A stretch of 58,050 bases of DNA from an uncultured Sorangium sp. (GCA_964475255.1 CAYYWA010000003.1:1-58050); one strand, 5' to 3'. Shown: positions 17,778-27,448, counted from the stretch's first letter. The notes: generated from the letters alone by a model not told the origin. Program-made: numbers and translations.

Positions 17778-19075
17778 GTCTCGGCATCCTCGTAATAGCG
17801 CATCGTCGCTTTATCGAACGCCAGCGAGAGGCGCCCCTTCGGCCCGTTACGTTGTTTCGCGATGATCAGCGACCCGCGATCCGCGTCGTCGGGTCGGTGG
17901 AGTAGATATCCGGAGTCGGCCTCCTGTTCGATGTCGCCCGACTCGCGGAGGTCGCGGAGTTCGGGTTCCTTGCGGTCCTCAGCTTCGCGCTTCAGTTGCG
18001 CGAGTGTCACAACAGGCACCTCTAGCTCGTGCGAGAGCGACTTGAGGGCTTCTGCGATCGCCTTGATCTGCAGGTAGCGATCCCTGCGAGCCGCGTCCGC
18101 GTCGGGTCGAAGGATCTGGATGTAGTCCACGAAGATCGCGCGGGGCGGCTGCGCCATCGCCAATGCACGCGCGCGAATCATCGAGGGCGTCACGCGCCCC
18201 GTCATGAACGACATCGGTGCCTCGGCGATCATGCCTGCCGCCCGCCCGCACTCCTCGGGATCGGCCGTGCCCCGTAGCACGTCGAACGCGCGCATCCCGC
18301 CCACGAGCGACAGCCAACGCGCCGTGATCATGTGCAGGTACATCTCGGCCGAGACGAACAGGACAGGCTCGCCCTGCACGCGCGCGATGTAGTCGGCCCA
18401 CGTCAGGGCCAGCGCCGTCTTGCCGTGCGAGGGCCGCGCCGCTAACACCGTGAAGCCGGGCAGCAACCCGCCGAACCGCTGATCGAATGTCGTCATGCCC
18501 GCGCGCTCGCCGTAGGTACGCGCGCCGGGTTGCTGGCGCTCCTCAAGCCACGTGAGGAACTTCTCCGCTGCCTGTGCCGCCGTCACCGTGTCATTCGCGC
18601 CAGTGACGCTCGGACGCAGCAGCGCCGCGACTTCGCTGATCACGTCCTCATCGTGATCGGCCGACGTGATGCGTGACGCCGCCTGCGTCAACGCGGAGCG
18701 GAGCTCGCGACGTCGCGCGAGGTCGTCCACGATGCGCGCGTACTCGCGGATGTTCGTCGTGACGGGGATGCCGTCTGCGAGGCTCGTCAGGTACGCGACG
18801 CCGCCACACTCCTCAAGCTGCCCGACGCGCTCCAGTTCCTCGACGAGCGTGATCATGTCCACGGCCACATGCTCGCCCTGTAGCCGGATCATCGCGTCCC
18901 AGATCCGCTGATGCGCCACGCGGAAAAAGGCGTGCGGGTTCAGATCGAGAACGTCCTGCAGGAGCGCCGATCGAATGAGCGCCGCGCCTATCACGGCGCG
19001 CTCGGCCCGCAGGTTATAGAGCTCTGTGCGTTCGTGGGCCTGCTCGTGCTGTCGGCTGCGTAGTCGTGCGTTCAT
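17771..19075 (-). CDS. dnaB: DnaB-like replicative helicase
   Basis: AARPSHGKT, SAEM, VDYIQ, LAQLKR, DLRESGDIEQEAD, IAKQRNGP. Confidence 0.95.
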   Translation of the reverse strand: MNARLRSRQHEQAHERTELYNLRAERAVIGAALIRSALLQDVLDLNPHAFFRVAHQRIWDAMIRLQGEHVAVDMITLVEELERVGQLEECGGVAYLTSLADGIPVTTNIREYARIVDDLARRRELRSALTQAASRITSADHDEDVISEVAALLRPSVTGANDTVTAAQAAEKFLTWLEERQQPGARTYGERAGMTTFDQRFGGLLPGFTVLAARPSHGKTALALTWADYIARVQGEPVLFVSAEMYLHMITARWLSLVGGMRAFDVLRGTADPEECGRAAGMIAEAPMSFMTGRVTPSMIRARALAMAQPPRAIFVDYIQILRPDADAARRDRYLQIKAIAEALKSLSHELEVPVVTLAQLKREAEDRKEPELRDLRESGDIEQEADSGYLLHRPDDADRGSLIIAKQRNGPKGRLSLAFDKATMRYYEDAETW

Positions 19076-20127
19076 CGTTCGTGCTCCGGGATCAGATCCT
19101 CGCGGCCCATCGCACGGAACCTCGCGATGATGTCGGCGCGTCGTCGCGCCGATTCTTCGGCGCGCTGTCGCTGGACGCGCTCACGATACCCCGCATAGAG
19201 CCGATCGCGTGCGGCCTGTAGCGCCGTCGCCATCTCGCCGAACGTCCACTCGGGATTGACTGTGCCGCCCGCCTCCTCGATGAGCCGCGCCATGCGTTCG
19301 CGTTCGGCGTTGTCTGCGGCCCGCTGACGCTCGCGCTCCACGATCTGCCGCTGCACCGTCGGGAGGATCGACGCGGCGCGCCTGTGCAGCCAGTGAACAG
19401 GATGCCGTGCGGCGACGACGGCATCGTCGCGCTGCCGGAGGTACGCGCCCACGACCTCGGCCCATGCGTCGACGCTCGGGATCGCGTCTTTCAGGCGCTT
19501 GATCGTCGCCATCGTCTGCGCCATGTTCGGCGCGACTGGCGCATGGCCGTATTTCGCCTTGTACATGCGCGAGTACGTGTACCAGCGCCCCATGGTCGAG
19601 TCAGGATCGACGCGCTTCGTGCTGCGCTGGCGTCGTCGGCTGAAAAGCGATCCCTGCTGCTCGTCGCTCATGTCGGTTTCCCCCTGTAAGGGGCGGGTAA
19701 TCGGCGCGTAGCGCCCGCCGTTAGGCGATCGGTTGATCTCCTCTCCTGAGGAGTAATAGACCGAAGCGGCAACGCGCGCCCGCCGAAGCCCTGCCCGCAT
19801 CATTCGGATCAGGGAGCGGAGCCGCGCCCTGTGGACGATGATCAGGTCGGCCCGGCGCCCGCCGGTGGCGATCGGCTGACGTCGCCGCCTGATGCCGCCC
19901 TGCGCCTCCAGCCACGCGAGCGCGGAGCGCACGGTGCGCTCGCTGACGCCGATCACGGAGGCGAGATGCCGCTGTGTGATGGACGTCCATGTCTCGTGGA
20001 GTGGGCGCGCGATCCCTCGGCGCCTGACGACGCGCTTATACAGCGCGTCAGACGCGCGGAAGTAAGATTCCGGGACTGTCCACGGGGATCGATTGACCCC
20101 GGCGTCGATCGTTGCTATCGTCTGCAT
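19072..20127 (-). CDS. Replication initiator (N-terminal wHTH)
   Basis: TQRHLASVIGVSERTVRSALAWLE..G.I; directly upstream of DnaB; GGAG RBS. Confidence 0.7.
   Translation of the reverse strand: MQTIATIDAGVNRSPWTVPESYFRASDALYKRVVRRRGIARPLHETWTSITQRHLASVIGVSERTVRSALAWLEAQGGIRRRRQPIATGGRRADLIIVHRARLRSLIRMMRAGLRRARVAASVYYSSGEEINRSPNGGRYAPITRPLQGETDMSDEQQGSLFSRRRQRSTKRVDPDSTMGRWYTYSRMYKAKYGHAPVAPNMAQTMATIKRLKDAIPSVDAWAEVVGAYLRQRDDAVVAARHPVHWLHRRAASILPTVQRQIVERERQRAADNAERERMARLIEEAGGTVNPEWTFGEMATALQAARDRLYAGYRERVQRQRAEESARRRADIIARFRAMGREDLIPEHER
20093..20121 (+). promoter_or_regulatory. Plus-strand sigma70 promoter (antisense to initiator)
   Basis: TTGACC-N17-TATCGT with TG extended -10. Confidence 0.6.
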
Positions 20128-20298
20128 AGCTGCTCCATAGCTGCTCGCTCGCTCGCTCGGCGCTCCTTGGCTCCTTGGCTTGCGATCGGCTCTCTCCCGG
20201 AGCAGTTAGGCGGCTCGTCACTGCCACCCAGACCGCTCGTATGTGGTTTGGTTCCTCGTCGTCCCGCCGCTGCGGTTTCGTCGCCGCAGCGGCTTTTT
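20128..20298 (+). ncRNA. Putative ~170-nt antisense/small RNA over the initiator RBS and leader
   Basis: Bounded by the promoter above and a plus-strand terminator; AGCTGCTCC...GGAGCAGTT stem around CU-rich repeats. Confidence 0.5.
20266..20298 (+). terminator. Rho-independent terminator (plus strand)
   Basis: GCCGCTGCGG-N8-CCGCAGCGGC followed by TTTTT. Confidence 0.7.
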
Positions 20299-20310
20299 CT
20301 TGCCTCTCCC

Positions 20311-20907
20311 CTACCTCCGAACGTGCGTGCGTGACTTCGTGCCCGTCGTCACGCCTCGGATCGTCTCGCCCGCCTTCAGGCGCGCCCGGATCGTCGGCAT
20401 GACGGCTGAGACGCAGTCGACAGGCGTCTCGCCTGCGACTATACCCCGACACAGTTCGAGCACGTCAACATCGACGGTCGCCCGGCGAGTCCGCACCTCC
20501 CCGCGCACCGGGGCGGTCGCCGTCGAGGGCATGATCGCCAGTGTCCGAGCCTCTGACGGCAGGCTCTCGACCATCTCGGCGACAGCCGCAGACATTCGAC
20601 GGGCGTCCTCCTCGGCCCTCTCGTGCCACGCATCGAGCGCCGCCTGTGCCTCCCGGATGAACGCCCCGATCGGCCCTCTGGCGTCCTTCTCGGCGTCGAG
20701 CACGGCCTTCCACGCCTCGCGCGTCGATTCGCGCATCGGCTTGTAATACGCCTCGATCCTCCGATCCAGATCGCGCGCGATCGAGATCCGTTCGACGATC
20801 GCCTCTCGATCCTCGTGTGTCTCCACGACGATCGGCCCTGCTGTGACCGAGCGCGCGGTCTGGATCAGGTTCACGCCGACATGCGTGGTTGCGATAGTTG
20901 CTGTCAC
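20311..20907 (-). CDS. Recombination-module accessory protein (Gp157-like)
   Basis: Coiled N-terminus; C-terminal IRARLKAGETIRGV. Confidence 0.55.
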   Translation of the reverse strand: MTATIATTHVGVNLIQTARSVTAGPIVVETHEDREAIVERISIARDLDRRIEAYYKPMRESTREAWKAVLDAEKDARGPIGAFIREAQAALDAWHERAEEDARRMSAAVAEMVESLPSEARTLAIMPSTATAPVRGEVRTRRATVDVDVLELCRGIVAGETPVDCVSAVMPTIRARLKAGETIRGVTTGTKSRTHVRR

Positions 20908-21536
20908 TGAATCTCTCCTCCGAAGCATCGCTCCTGCTCGCGTTCCGGCAGCACCGCGCGGCGATGGCGCAAGCGCCACGTCACCGACGTCAGGGCCGCG
21001 AGAAACGCGCGGACGTGCTCCTCCTCGTCGTACCACTGGATTTGCCCCTCGCGCACGTAGTAGCACCCGGCACGAGGCATGGGCTTCACGTCATAGCGCC
21101 ATCGCAGGATGAGCGCGTAGGCGGCGACCTGTAGCGCGTGCTCAGGCTGTCGGTGTCCGTTCTTGACGTCCACGACGCAGAGGCGTCCGTCAATGGTGCC
21201 GCCGACGTCTAGCTGCCCCGTGAACCCGAGCGGGTGTGCGCCGCGCCACTGCACGAGCTCGGGCTGCACGTCCACGCTCGCGCGGATGCGTTCGCACGCG
21301 CGCTCGGCGCACTCGATGACAGCCTGATCCACGATCGGCAGCACGTCGCCGTGAAGGATCGCCGCGATCACGTCATCGATCGTGCTGCCCTCGTCTCGCC
21401 TGATTGCGGCGGTCGGAATGCGATCGTAGTTCATCGACATCCCGGCGATCTTGAGGATCGTCGTCACGCTCGGCCAGCGCGCCGCGCGTGCAATCTCGTA
21501 GAGGCGATCCGCCTCAGTCTGCCGATCGTCCGGCAT
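20904..21536 (-). CDS. PD-(D/E)XK exonuclease
   Basis: PSVTTIL, FTGQLD, VVDVKNG, LQVAAY. Confidence 0.85.
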   Translation of the reverse strand: MPDDRQTEADRLYEIARAARWPSVTTILKIAGMSMNYDRIPTAAIRRDEGSTIDDVIAAILHGDVLPIVDQAVIECAERACERIRASVDVQPELVQWRGAHPLGFTGQLDVGGTIDGRLCVVDVKNGHRQPEHALQVAAYALILRWRYDVKPMPRAGCYYVREGQIQWYDEEEHVRAFLAALTSVTWRLRHRRAVLPEREQERCFGGEIQ

Positions 21537-21780
21537 CGCCAGCCTCCCAGAGTCGTCCCTGTGTCGCGACAGGCGGCAAGAGTTCATAGATGAAGATCCC
21601 GCCTTTCTGCCGTGTCACGGTGATGTTGTGCCCGAGCGCGCGTAGCTCTCGCGCACGTCGGGGAGCATCCATCCCCCCGACGTGCATGAGTTCGACGTTG
21701 GTGACTCGTCGCTTACGCTTCAAGAGTTCGAGCACGCGCGATCGGTTGGAGTTCAGCCGCTCACGTTCCCCGCGCTCCAT
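21514..21780 (-). CDS. Small wHTH protein
   Basis: RVLELLK..VTN.EL....PRRARELRALGHNI. Confidence 0.7.
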   Translation of the reverse strand: MERGERERLNSNRSRVLELLKRKRRVTNVELMHVGGMDAPRRARELRALGHNITVTRQKGGIFIYELLPPVATQGRLWEAGDAGRSAD

Positions 21781-21790
21781 GTCGGCCCTC

Positions 21791-22204
21791 CTATGACAGC
21801 GCGGACGCCAGCCGACCGAGATGCTGCTCGATCTTGTCGAGCACGTCGGACTGGCGCTTGAGCTCGGCGACGACCGCCGCCGTGACATCGGGCCGCTTCG
21901 CCTGCTCGATGGTCTGCTGCGCGGCCTTCAGCACGCGCGCTGCGCGGCGCTCCTCAGCCTCGCGCTTCTCGCGCTCGCGCCGCTCGGCGATCTGCTGCCG
22001 CTTCTGCACCAGCGCCTCAACGTCTGACATCGCGATCTTGACTTCGCGACGACGCCCCTCACGCGGCTCCGTGACCAGCCGGAGCTCGCCCGTGTCCACG
22101 AACTTATAGACGTTCCGATCAGACACGCCGAGCATTTCTGCTGCCTGACGTGCCGTGACCCATGTGACGCCCGGACGGGCGGTGTGATTGATCTGATGCT
22201 CCAT
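21791..22204 (-). CDS. HTH_17-type DNA-binding protein with coiled coil
   Basis: WVTARQAAEMLGVSDRNVYKFVDTGEL. Confidence 0.75.
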   Translation of the reverse strand: MEHQINHTARPGVTWVTARQAAEMLGVSDRNVYKFVDTGELRLVTEPREGRRREVKIAMSDVEALVQKRQQIAERREREKREAEERRAARVLKAAQQTIEQAKRPDVTAAVVAELKRQSDVLDKIEQHLGRLASALS

Positions 22205-22265
22205 TGCTGTCGTCTCCTCGTGTCCGTGTTGCGTTGATTGGGTGTGCGTCCCGACGACCTGCCCC

Positions 22266-23282
22266 TTAGAAGGGCAGATCGTCGTCGTCGGGCGCCTGCG
22301 TGCTGTCGGCCGGATCGGGCAGCATGTCGCCGTCCGGGTGCGCGCCGCCGTCATCCCCGAGATCGGGGTCCACGGCGGCAGTGACCGGGATGATCGACAG
22401 GCTGACGAGTTCGGGATCGCGCCCGCGCCCGGCGCGCGTCTCGACGTCCACCGGGAGCCGCCCCTGTCCGGCCCGGCGCGCCGTCTCGGCAATCTCCTCG
22501 TCGAACGTGATCGCCTGCGTCCCGTCGTTGAAGTGGACGGCGTACATCGTCCAGTTGCCGCGCGAGTTCTGCCCACGGCGCACGACGCGCAGCCGCATGA
22601 CACGCAGATACCCGTCATCGGCGATCGTGGCTCCTGCGTCCGTCTGGGCGCCCTGCGGGGCGTCCTGCGCCGTCTGGGAGGGCGTCTCAATGATCTCGCC
22701 CGTCTCCATGTTGATCCGGGCAGGCGCCGCGTCTGGGATCGTGCCCGTCTCCGACTCATCGAGGAAGCCGAGCCCGCAGAGCGACAGCGTGACGCGCCGC
22801 TTGGCCTTCGTCTCGGCCTTCATGATCGCGTTCGCGAGCGCGTCGCCCGCGCTGGACGTGATGGCGACCGCCCCGGTCGCGACGTCCGTGCGCCCCTCGC
22901 GGTTCACGGCCGTCGCCGTGACAACGAAGAGCGCCGTGCGCCCGACTTCGCGTAGCTGCCCGTCGATCGACTGGATGCTGACGCCGTGGATCGCGCGCAG
23001 TTGATCCGTCGCGTCTTTCTTCGCGTACAGCGTCAGACGTCCCGAGAGCTCGATGTAGTCGAACGGCTTTGTGAGCGGGTTGAGCCCGAGGCTCGCGCAG
23101 AGCTCGCGATAGTAGCTGACGCGCTGCCCGGGCTGCAGCCGCGCAAGGTCGCCGTTGATCAGGACGTTCTCGATTTCGGCGTCGATACTGCGCCGCGCGA
23201 GTTCACCGCGCCCGGCGTCCTGCGTCGTCTGTAGTTCCGCCCGGGGCGATTCGGCGTCCGGCGTGCTTGTGGCTCTCGGCAT
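22266..23282 (-). CDS. ssDNA-annealing recombinase (Bet/RecT-like) with SSB-like acidic tail
   Basis: LGLNPLTKPF, YAKKDATDQLR, MKAETKAKRRVTLS; ends DDDDLPF. Confidence 0.8.
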   Translation of the reverse strand: MPRATSTPDAESPRAELQTTQDAGRGELARRSIDAEIENVLINGDLARLQPGQRVSYYRELCASLGLNPLTKPFDYIELSGRLTLYAKKDATDQLRAIHGVSIQSIDGQLREVGRTALFVVTATAVNREGRTDVATGAVAITSSAGDALANAIMKAETKAKRRVTLSLCGLGFLDESETGTIPDAAPARINMETGEIIETPSQTAQDAPQGAQTDAGATIADDGYLRVMRLRVVRRGQNSRGNWTMYAVHFNDGTQAITFDEEIAETARRAGQGRLPVDVETRAGRGRDPELVSLSIIPVTAAVDPDLGDDGGAHPDGDMLPDPADSTQAPDDDDLPF

Positions 23283-23646
23283 GGATTCTCCTCCTCAGTT
23301 CGTCCGCGTCTCCGTATTCGCGGATCAGGTACTCGACAATGAGCGACATCGGGCGCCGCTCCGCTTTCGACGCGGCACGCAATCTCTGGCGCGTCCCCGC
23401 CCGTACTCGTACCGTCATCGGCGGCTTGACGCGCCGCTGCTCGATCCTCGGTAGCGCCCGCAGGCGCTTCCGTATGTCTCCGAGATGCGCCCGAATCAAT
23501 GTGTCGAGCGCCTCCCCTTCTGTGAGGTCGCCTCGGATGCGCCCGAGGATGTCACGCGCCTCCGGCGTGACGGAGAACGCAATCAGCACGCCTCGGTTCG
23601 GAACCGCCGTAGGCCAGCCTCCCTTCGGCGTCGTGGTTCTCATCAT
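23203..23646 (-). CDS. Tandem ribbon-helix-helix-like regulator
   Basis: PMTVRV...TRQRL.AAS.AE.RPMS.IVE.LI. Confidence 0.6.
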   Translation of the reverse strand: MMRTTTPKGGWPTAVPNRGVLIAFSVTPEARDILGRIRGDLTEGEALDTLIRAHLGDIRKRLRALPRIEQRRVKPPMTVRVRAGTRQRLRAASKAERRPMSLIVEYLIREYGDADELRRRIHAESHKHAGRRIAPGGTTDDAGRRAR

Positions 23647-23782
23647 GAGCCTCCTGTATCGCTGCGCGGAGGTCGTCGGCGTCGATCACGACGCGGCGCC
23701 GCCGCTGGTCTGTAGCGAGGGCGAGCGCGCGGGCCACAATCGCCCGGGCGTGCTCGCGTGCCTGCTGCTGTGGATTCGTCAT
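23552..23782 (-). CDS. Hypothetical protein
   Basis: MTNPQQQ after GGGAG RBS. Confidence 0.45.
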   Translation of the reverse strand: MTNPQQQAREHARAIVARALALATDQRRRRVVIDADDLRAAIQEAHDENHDAEGRLAYGGSEPRRADCVLRHAGGA

Positions 23783-23826
23783 CGTTCGTCTCCCTGTCGT
23801 CACTGGATGAATCGGAGGGGAGGCGC

Positions 23827-24714
23827 TTACGCGCTCTCCCCGTCAAACTTCTTCGCGAGGCGCCGGAGCTCGGCGATCTGCGCGCTCTTGTCGGCCATGA
23901 GCGAGCCGAACTGCACCGGCCCGCGCACATGCACCCAATTGAGCCACGTGAGGAGCGTCTGCATGGCCGTGGCGCCTTCGCCCTGACGCATCGCCGAGGG
24001 ATTCGTCGTGATCGGCCCATCGAACTGCTCCGGCTTCGCGTTCCGCTTCGCCGACTTCTGGACGATGCCGAGGCAGAGCATCACATAGGCGCTGATCTTC
24101 GTGTAGTTCGTCGTGCCCGCGAACACGCGGAACTCGACCGTCTTGGTCGTGCTGCCGAGGTTGCGCGAGATGTGCGTCAGGTTCAGGACGTGATAGCGGT
24201 CGCTGCAGTTGCGAAGCTCGCTCGCTGCCGTCGCGTTGTCGGCCGCGTTCGCGAGGCGACGATACGGCGCCGATTCCCACGACGCTCCCTTGATGGACTT
24301 GCACCACGACGCCTGCATCCGCGCCCGCGTGCCCGACGCCGCAAACAGCGCCGTCTCGAAACGCCCCACGTTGATCGTGAGATTCTTGACGAGCGGCACC
24401 TCGGCCGGGCATCCGACATGAACGTGGAGGCCGCACGAGCGATTGACGCGAGCGCCAACCTGCCGCAGCAGGTCGGTCATGTTCTTGAGGCTCGCGAGGC
24501 CCGTTTCGCCCGAGAGAATCGGCGAGACGAACTCGACTGCGCGATAGCCGGGGTTCGCGCGGAGGCTCGCGTCCGTCTTAGACTTCCATCCCGGCGCCTG
24601 CGCGACGGCAGCAGGCGTCCCGTAGCTGCCGATCACGATCGTTCCGTTGTTGACCGCCACCTCGGGCACGAGGCACTCAATCTCCACTCCGAAGGTCATC
24701 GTCATCGCGTCCAT
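23827..24714 (-). CDS. Amidoligase (COOH-NH2 ligase type 2)
   Basis: TFGVEIE, DASL, EFVSP, SCGLHVHVG, RY..LNL, TVEFRVF.GT. Confidence 0.9.
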   Translation of the reverse strand: MDAMTMTFGVEIECLVPEVAVNNGTIVIGSYGTPAAVAQAPGWKSKTDASLRANPGYRAVEFVSPILSGETGLASLKNMTDLLRQVGARVNRSCGLHVHVGCPAEVPLVKNLTINVGRFETALFAASGTRARMQASWCKSIKGASWESAPYRRLANAADNATAASELRNCSDRYHVLNLTHISRNLGSTTKTVEFRVFAGTTNYTKISAYVMLCLGIVQKSAKRNAKPEQFDGPITTNPSAMRQGEGATAMQTLLTWLNWVHVRGPVQFGSLMADKSAQIAELRRLAKKFDGESA

Positions 24715-24734
24715 GTCGTCGTCTCCCGTCGTCC

Positions 24735-24797
24735 GTCTCGCGGCCTCATTGCCGCCCGACGAAAGTAACTATAACGAACGTGATAGGAGCCTGTCAA
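24735..24797 (-). promoter_or_regulatory. Promoter-hairpin cassette 2
   Basis: TTGACA-N18-TATAGT, CGTTCGT, hairpin GCGGC-AATGAG-GCCGC. Confidence 0.8.
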
Positions 24798-24816
24798 CAC
24801 CTATCCGGCGACTTTG

Positions 24817-24870
24817 TGAAAAAAAGTGAAGGGCGCGGGATCGTGGCCTGTTTCGGCTGATCCCACGCCC
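24817..24870 (-). terminator. Rho-independent terminator
   Basis: GGGCG.GGGATC...GATCCC.CGCCC followed by TTCACTTTTTTT. Confidence 0.65.
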
Positions 24871-24922
24871 CGGCGATGACGCCTTACCTGTTGCCGATCA
24901 CGGCGTCGATGCACGTCGAGCA

Positions 24923-25714
24923 TCAGCAATCATCCTCGCCCGTGCAGACGTCGGGCGCATCGGGATCGTGGTACTGGTCGCCGAGCAGGAGCAGCCGCTC
25001 GTCGTCGTCCTGCTGCCAGCGAAACATCGACGGTGACGACTCGGACACGCGCGAGCCGAGCACCGTCAAGGCGCGCTGCTGCGCCTCGGACGGCTTCGCC
25101 TTGCGGAGCTTCGTACCGTCCCACAGCGAGCCCGACGATGGCGCCGGGGCGACGCGGCGCCCACGCTGCCAATGGCAGTTGCTCGTCCACATGCCATCAT
25201 GGTTCGTCCAGCCCGAGCCGTACCGCGTGATGCCCTGCGGCGTGACGACGACGACGCGCTGCGACGTCGGCACGCTCGTAATCATGTCGGCGCCCTCCAT
25301 CGCGAGGAGCCGCGCCATGATGCGCGAGTCGCTGATGCGCCCGAGCAGTGGGCCATGCGCGCGGTCCATGAGCCGCATCGCGAGCTCATAGTCGGACCAG
25401 TGCCCGTTGTGGTACAGCACGCCCTTTGACGTCTTGCCCGCCAGCTTGAGCGGGACGCTCGGGATCAGCGGAAACGGGTGCGTCAGCGGCGCGTTGACGC
25501 CGCCCACCGTCGCGATGCGCGTATGCACGACGTAAGGCAGCGGCAGCGACTCCACGATGTTCACGAGGTCATCGAGGCGCATGATGCCTTTGCGCCAGTA
25601 GACGCGACCTCCGTCGATCCATGAGACGCCTGCCCCGTCCGGGTTCGCGCTCCACTGCTGGCCGATCTCGGCGCGCGTCAACGCGCGCGTTTCTGCGATA
25701 GCGATTACACACAT
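24923..25714 (-). CDS. Class II (Ntn) glutamine amidotransferase
   Basis: Starts MC; NPDGAG, HTRIATVG, HPF, HNG, SDSR. Confidence 0.88.
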   Translation of the reverse strand: MCVIAIAETRALTRAEIGQQWSANPDGAGVSWIDGGRVYWRKGIMRLDDLVNIVESLPLPYVVHTRIATVGGVNAPLTHPFPLIPSVPLKLAGKTSKGVLYHNGHWSDYELAMRLMDRAHGPLLGRISDSRIMARLLAMEGADMITSVPTSQRVVVVTPQGITRYGSGWTNHDGMWTSNCHWQRGRRVAPAPSSGSLWDGTKLRKAKPSEAQQRALTVLGSRVSESSPSMFRWQQDDDERLLLLGDQYHDPDAPDVCTGEDDC

Positions 25715-25763
25715 GATGATCAGTCGTCCTCTCTCGTCGTCGTCTGTTTGTGTGAGGCGCCGC

Positions 25764-26195
25764 TTACGCGGCAACCCCCGTCATCAGCCGGACACACTCG
25801 GGGCCGATGCCCCGCTCGATGCTCTCCGGGTCCGTCAGCGTCCGCGCGCAGCGCCCGCACTTGCCTGCGTGGTCGATGCGGTAGCCCTCGGGCAGATCCC
25901 GCAGTCCCGACACGACCTTCATCGCCCACGCGAACACGGCGCCGGGCTTGCCGTCGATCAGGCTCGCGGGAGACTTCGCCGTGCGGCGCAGGAAGTAGGC
26001 GCGCTCGTCGCACGCGAGCAGCCCGAGGTAGGTGTAATCGCCCTCGTTGTTGCTGCCCGTCAGGACGCCGACGAAGTAGGCAGGCGCGCGGCCCGGCGTC
26101 CGCGACTTCGTCACGCGGTACGTGTAGTGCTGGCCCTTGCCGTTCGATACCGTGAAGATTGCCCGGCCCGCCGTCAGGAATGAAACGCTAATCAT
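25764..26195 (-). CDS. DUF6011-like zinc-finger protein
   Basis: CGRCARTLTDPESIERGIGPEC. Confidence 0.8.
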   Translation of the reverse strand: MISVSFLTAGRAIFTVSNGKGQHYTYRVTKSRTPGRAPAYFVGVLTGSNNEGDYTYLGLLACDERAYFLRRTAKSPASLIDGKPGAVFAWAMKVVSGLRDLPEGYRIDHAGKCGRCARTLTDPESIERGIGPECVRLMTGVAA

Positions 26196-26212
26196 CGCCG
26201 CCTCCTCGTCCA

Positions 26213-26275
26213 TGTGAGCCGCGCCATCGCGGCCCAACACAGACGACTATAACGAACGTGGCAGCGCCGTGTCAA
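26213..26275 (-). promoter_or_regulatory. Promoter-hairpin cassette 3
   Basis: TTGACA-N18-TATAGT, CGTTCGT, hairpin GCCGCG-ATGG-CGCGGC. Confidence 0.8.
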
Positions 26276-26284
26276 CAGGAAATG

Positions 26285-26530
26285 TCAGGGGCGCGGACGC
26301 GGCCCCCACCACGTCACCAGACGGGGCTCGTCCGGGGCGCGTAGGTCCGCGAGCACGGGCCATCCGGGCGTCTCATGGCCGCATAGACGGCAGATCCCCT
26401 TGAGGCTCGTGCCATCCGTCGTCGTCATGTAGTGATGCCCGCCGCGCGCCATGCCGCAGAGCGCCTGATGGATGGCCTCGGGCACCTGTCGGGCGGTCGC
26501 TTTCAGCGCCTCCCACAGCGTCAGGGCCAC
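26285..26530 (-). CDS. Small Cys/His protein
   Basis: LC....GH......C..CGHETPGW. Confidence 0.55.
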   Translation of the reverse strand: MALTLWEALKATARQVPEAIHQALCGMARGGHHYMTTTDGTSLKGICRLCGHETPGWPVLADLRAPDEPRLVTWWGPRPRP

Positions 26531-26754
26531 AGCAGCACCACCTCGTAATGCTTCGCGTCGCCGGAACGCTCGCAGGCGTCGCAGACGTGCGGCGCTGGCG
26601 CCTTGACGTCGTGATCCTCGTAGTCCCATCCGGCTGCAGGATGATGACGGCGCCGGAACTGCTCGACGGCCTGCGTCCCGTCGATCGTCGCGCGATCCGT
26701 CGTGAACTCGGACCCGTAGCAGTCCTCGCACAGGGTGACTCGTCTCTCAGGCAT
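26521..26754 (-). CDS. Small zinc-binding protein
   Basis: CEDC...CDAC. Confidence 0.55.
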   Translation of the reverse strand: MPERRVTLCEDCYGSEFTTDRATIDGTQAVEQFRRRHHPAAGWDYEDHDVKAPAPHVCDACERSGDAKHYEVVLLWP

Positions 26755-27448
26755 TCGTCGTCTCGCTTTCCGGCCGTACCGCTGCGGCGCGGTAGACCTC
26801 GTGTTTGGCTGATTGCACATCGCGATCGCGCAGCGCCGAGGCGATGTGCTCAAGTACCTGCGGAGAGGCGCGCTGCACCTCGATCTCGACGCTAGGCGGA
26901 TTGCTGTGCAGGATGAGCCGCGCGTGTTCCTCGGGTAGCGTGACGGACGCCGAGCCGCGATGCAGCGCCGTCAGCGGAGGCTGGATGCTGGCATTGCCGA
27001 TGCGCCGCTCGGCGAGCGCCCCGATGATCGCCGCGCGCCACTGGCGCATTGCCGCAAGGTGCCGCACTGCCGCCAGCACACGGCGCCCGTGCTGTTCAGC
27101 ATGGGGAACCATCCATGCCGCGATCTTCGGGCCGAGGAACGTCGCGCGCTGCGTCCTGCGGTACGCCCGGACGGTTGGCGCCGGGACGCCGAGCGCCTGC
27201 AGCGTGCGCGCGGGCCACGCCTCGGCCGGGATGAGGTTGTAGGCGTCCGGCGTCACGATCCAGATGTGCGGGTCATCGAGCCGCACGCGGACGTCCGGCG
27301 CGTCGTCGCGCCGCGCGCGAAGCCATCCGGTATGCAGTCGATCGTCCGTCTCGCCGCGCATCGTGCGCGTCCAGACACACGGGAACCCTCGCTCCGTCAG
27401 GATCTCCGCGACGCTGATCCAGTACGCATCGACCAGCGCGGCGCTCAC
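26747..27448 (-). CDS. Hypothetical protein
   Basis: 233-aa ORF with GTGA overlap. Confidence 0.65.
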   Translation of the reverse strand: MSAALVDAYWISVAEILTERGFPCVWTRTMRGETDDRLHTGWLRARRDDAPDVRVRLDDPHIWIVTPDAYNLIPAEAWPARTLQALGVPAPTVRAYRRTQRATFLGPKIAAWMVPHAEQHGRRVLAAVRHLAAMRQWRAAIIGALAERRIGNASIQPPLTALHRGSASVTLPEEHARLILHSNPPSVEIEVQRASPQVLEHIASALRDRDVQSAKHEVYRAAAVRPESETTNA

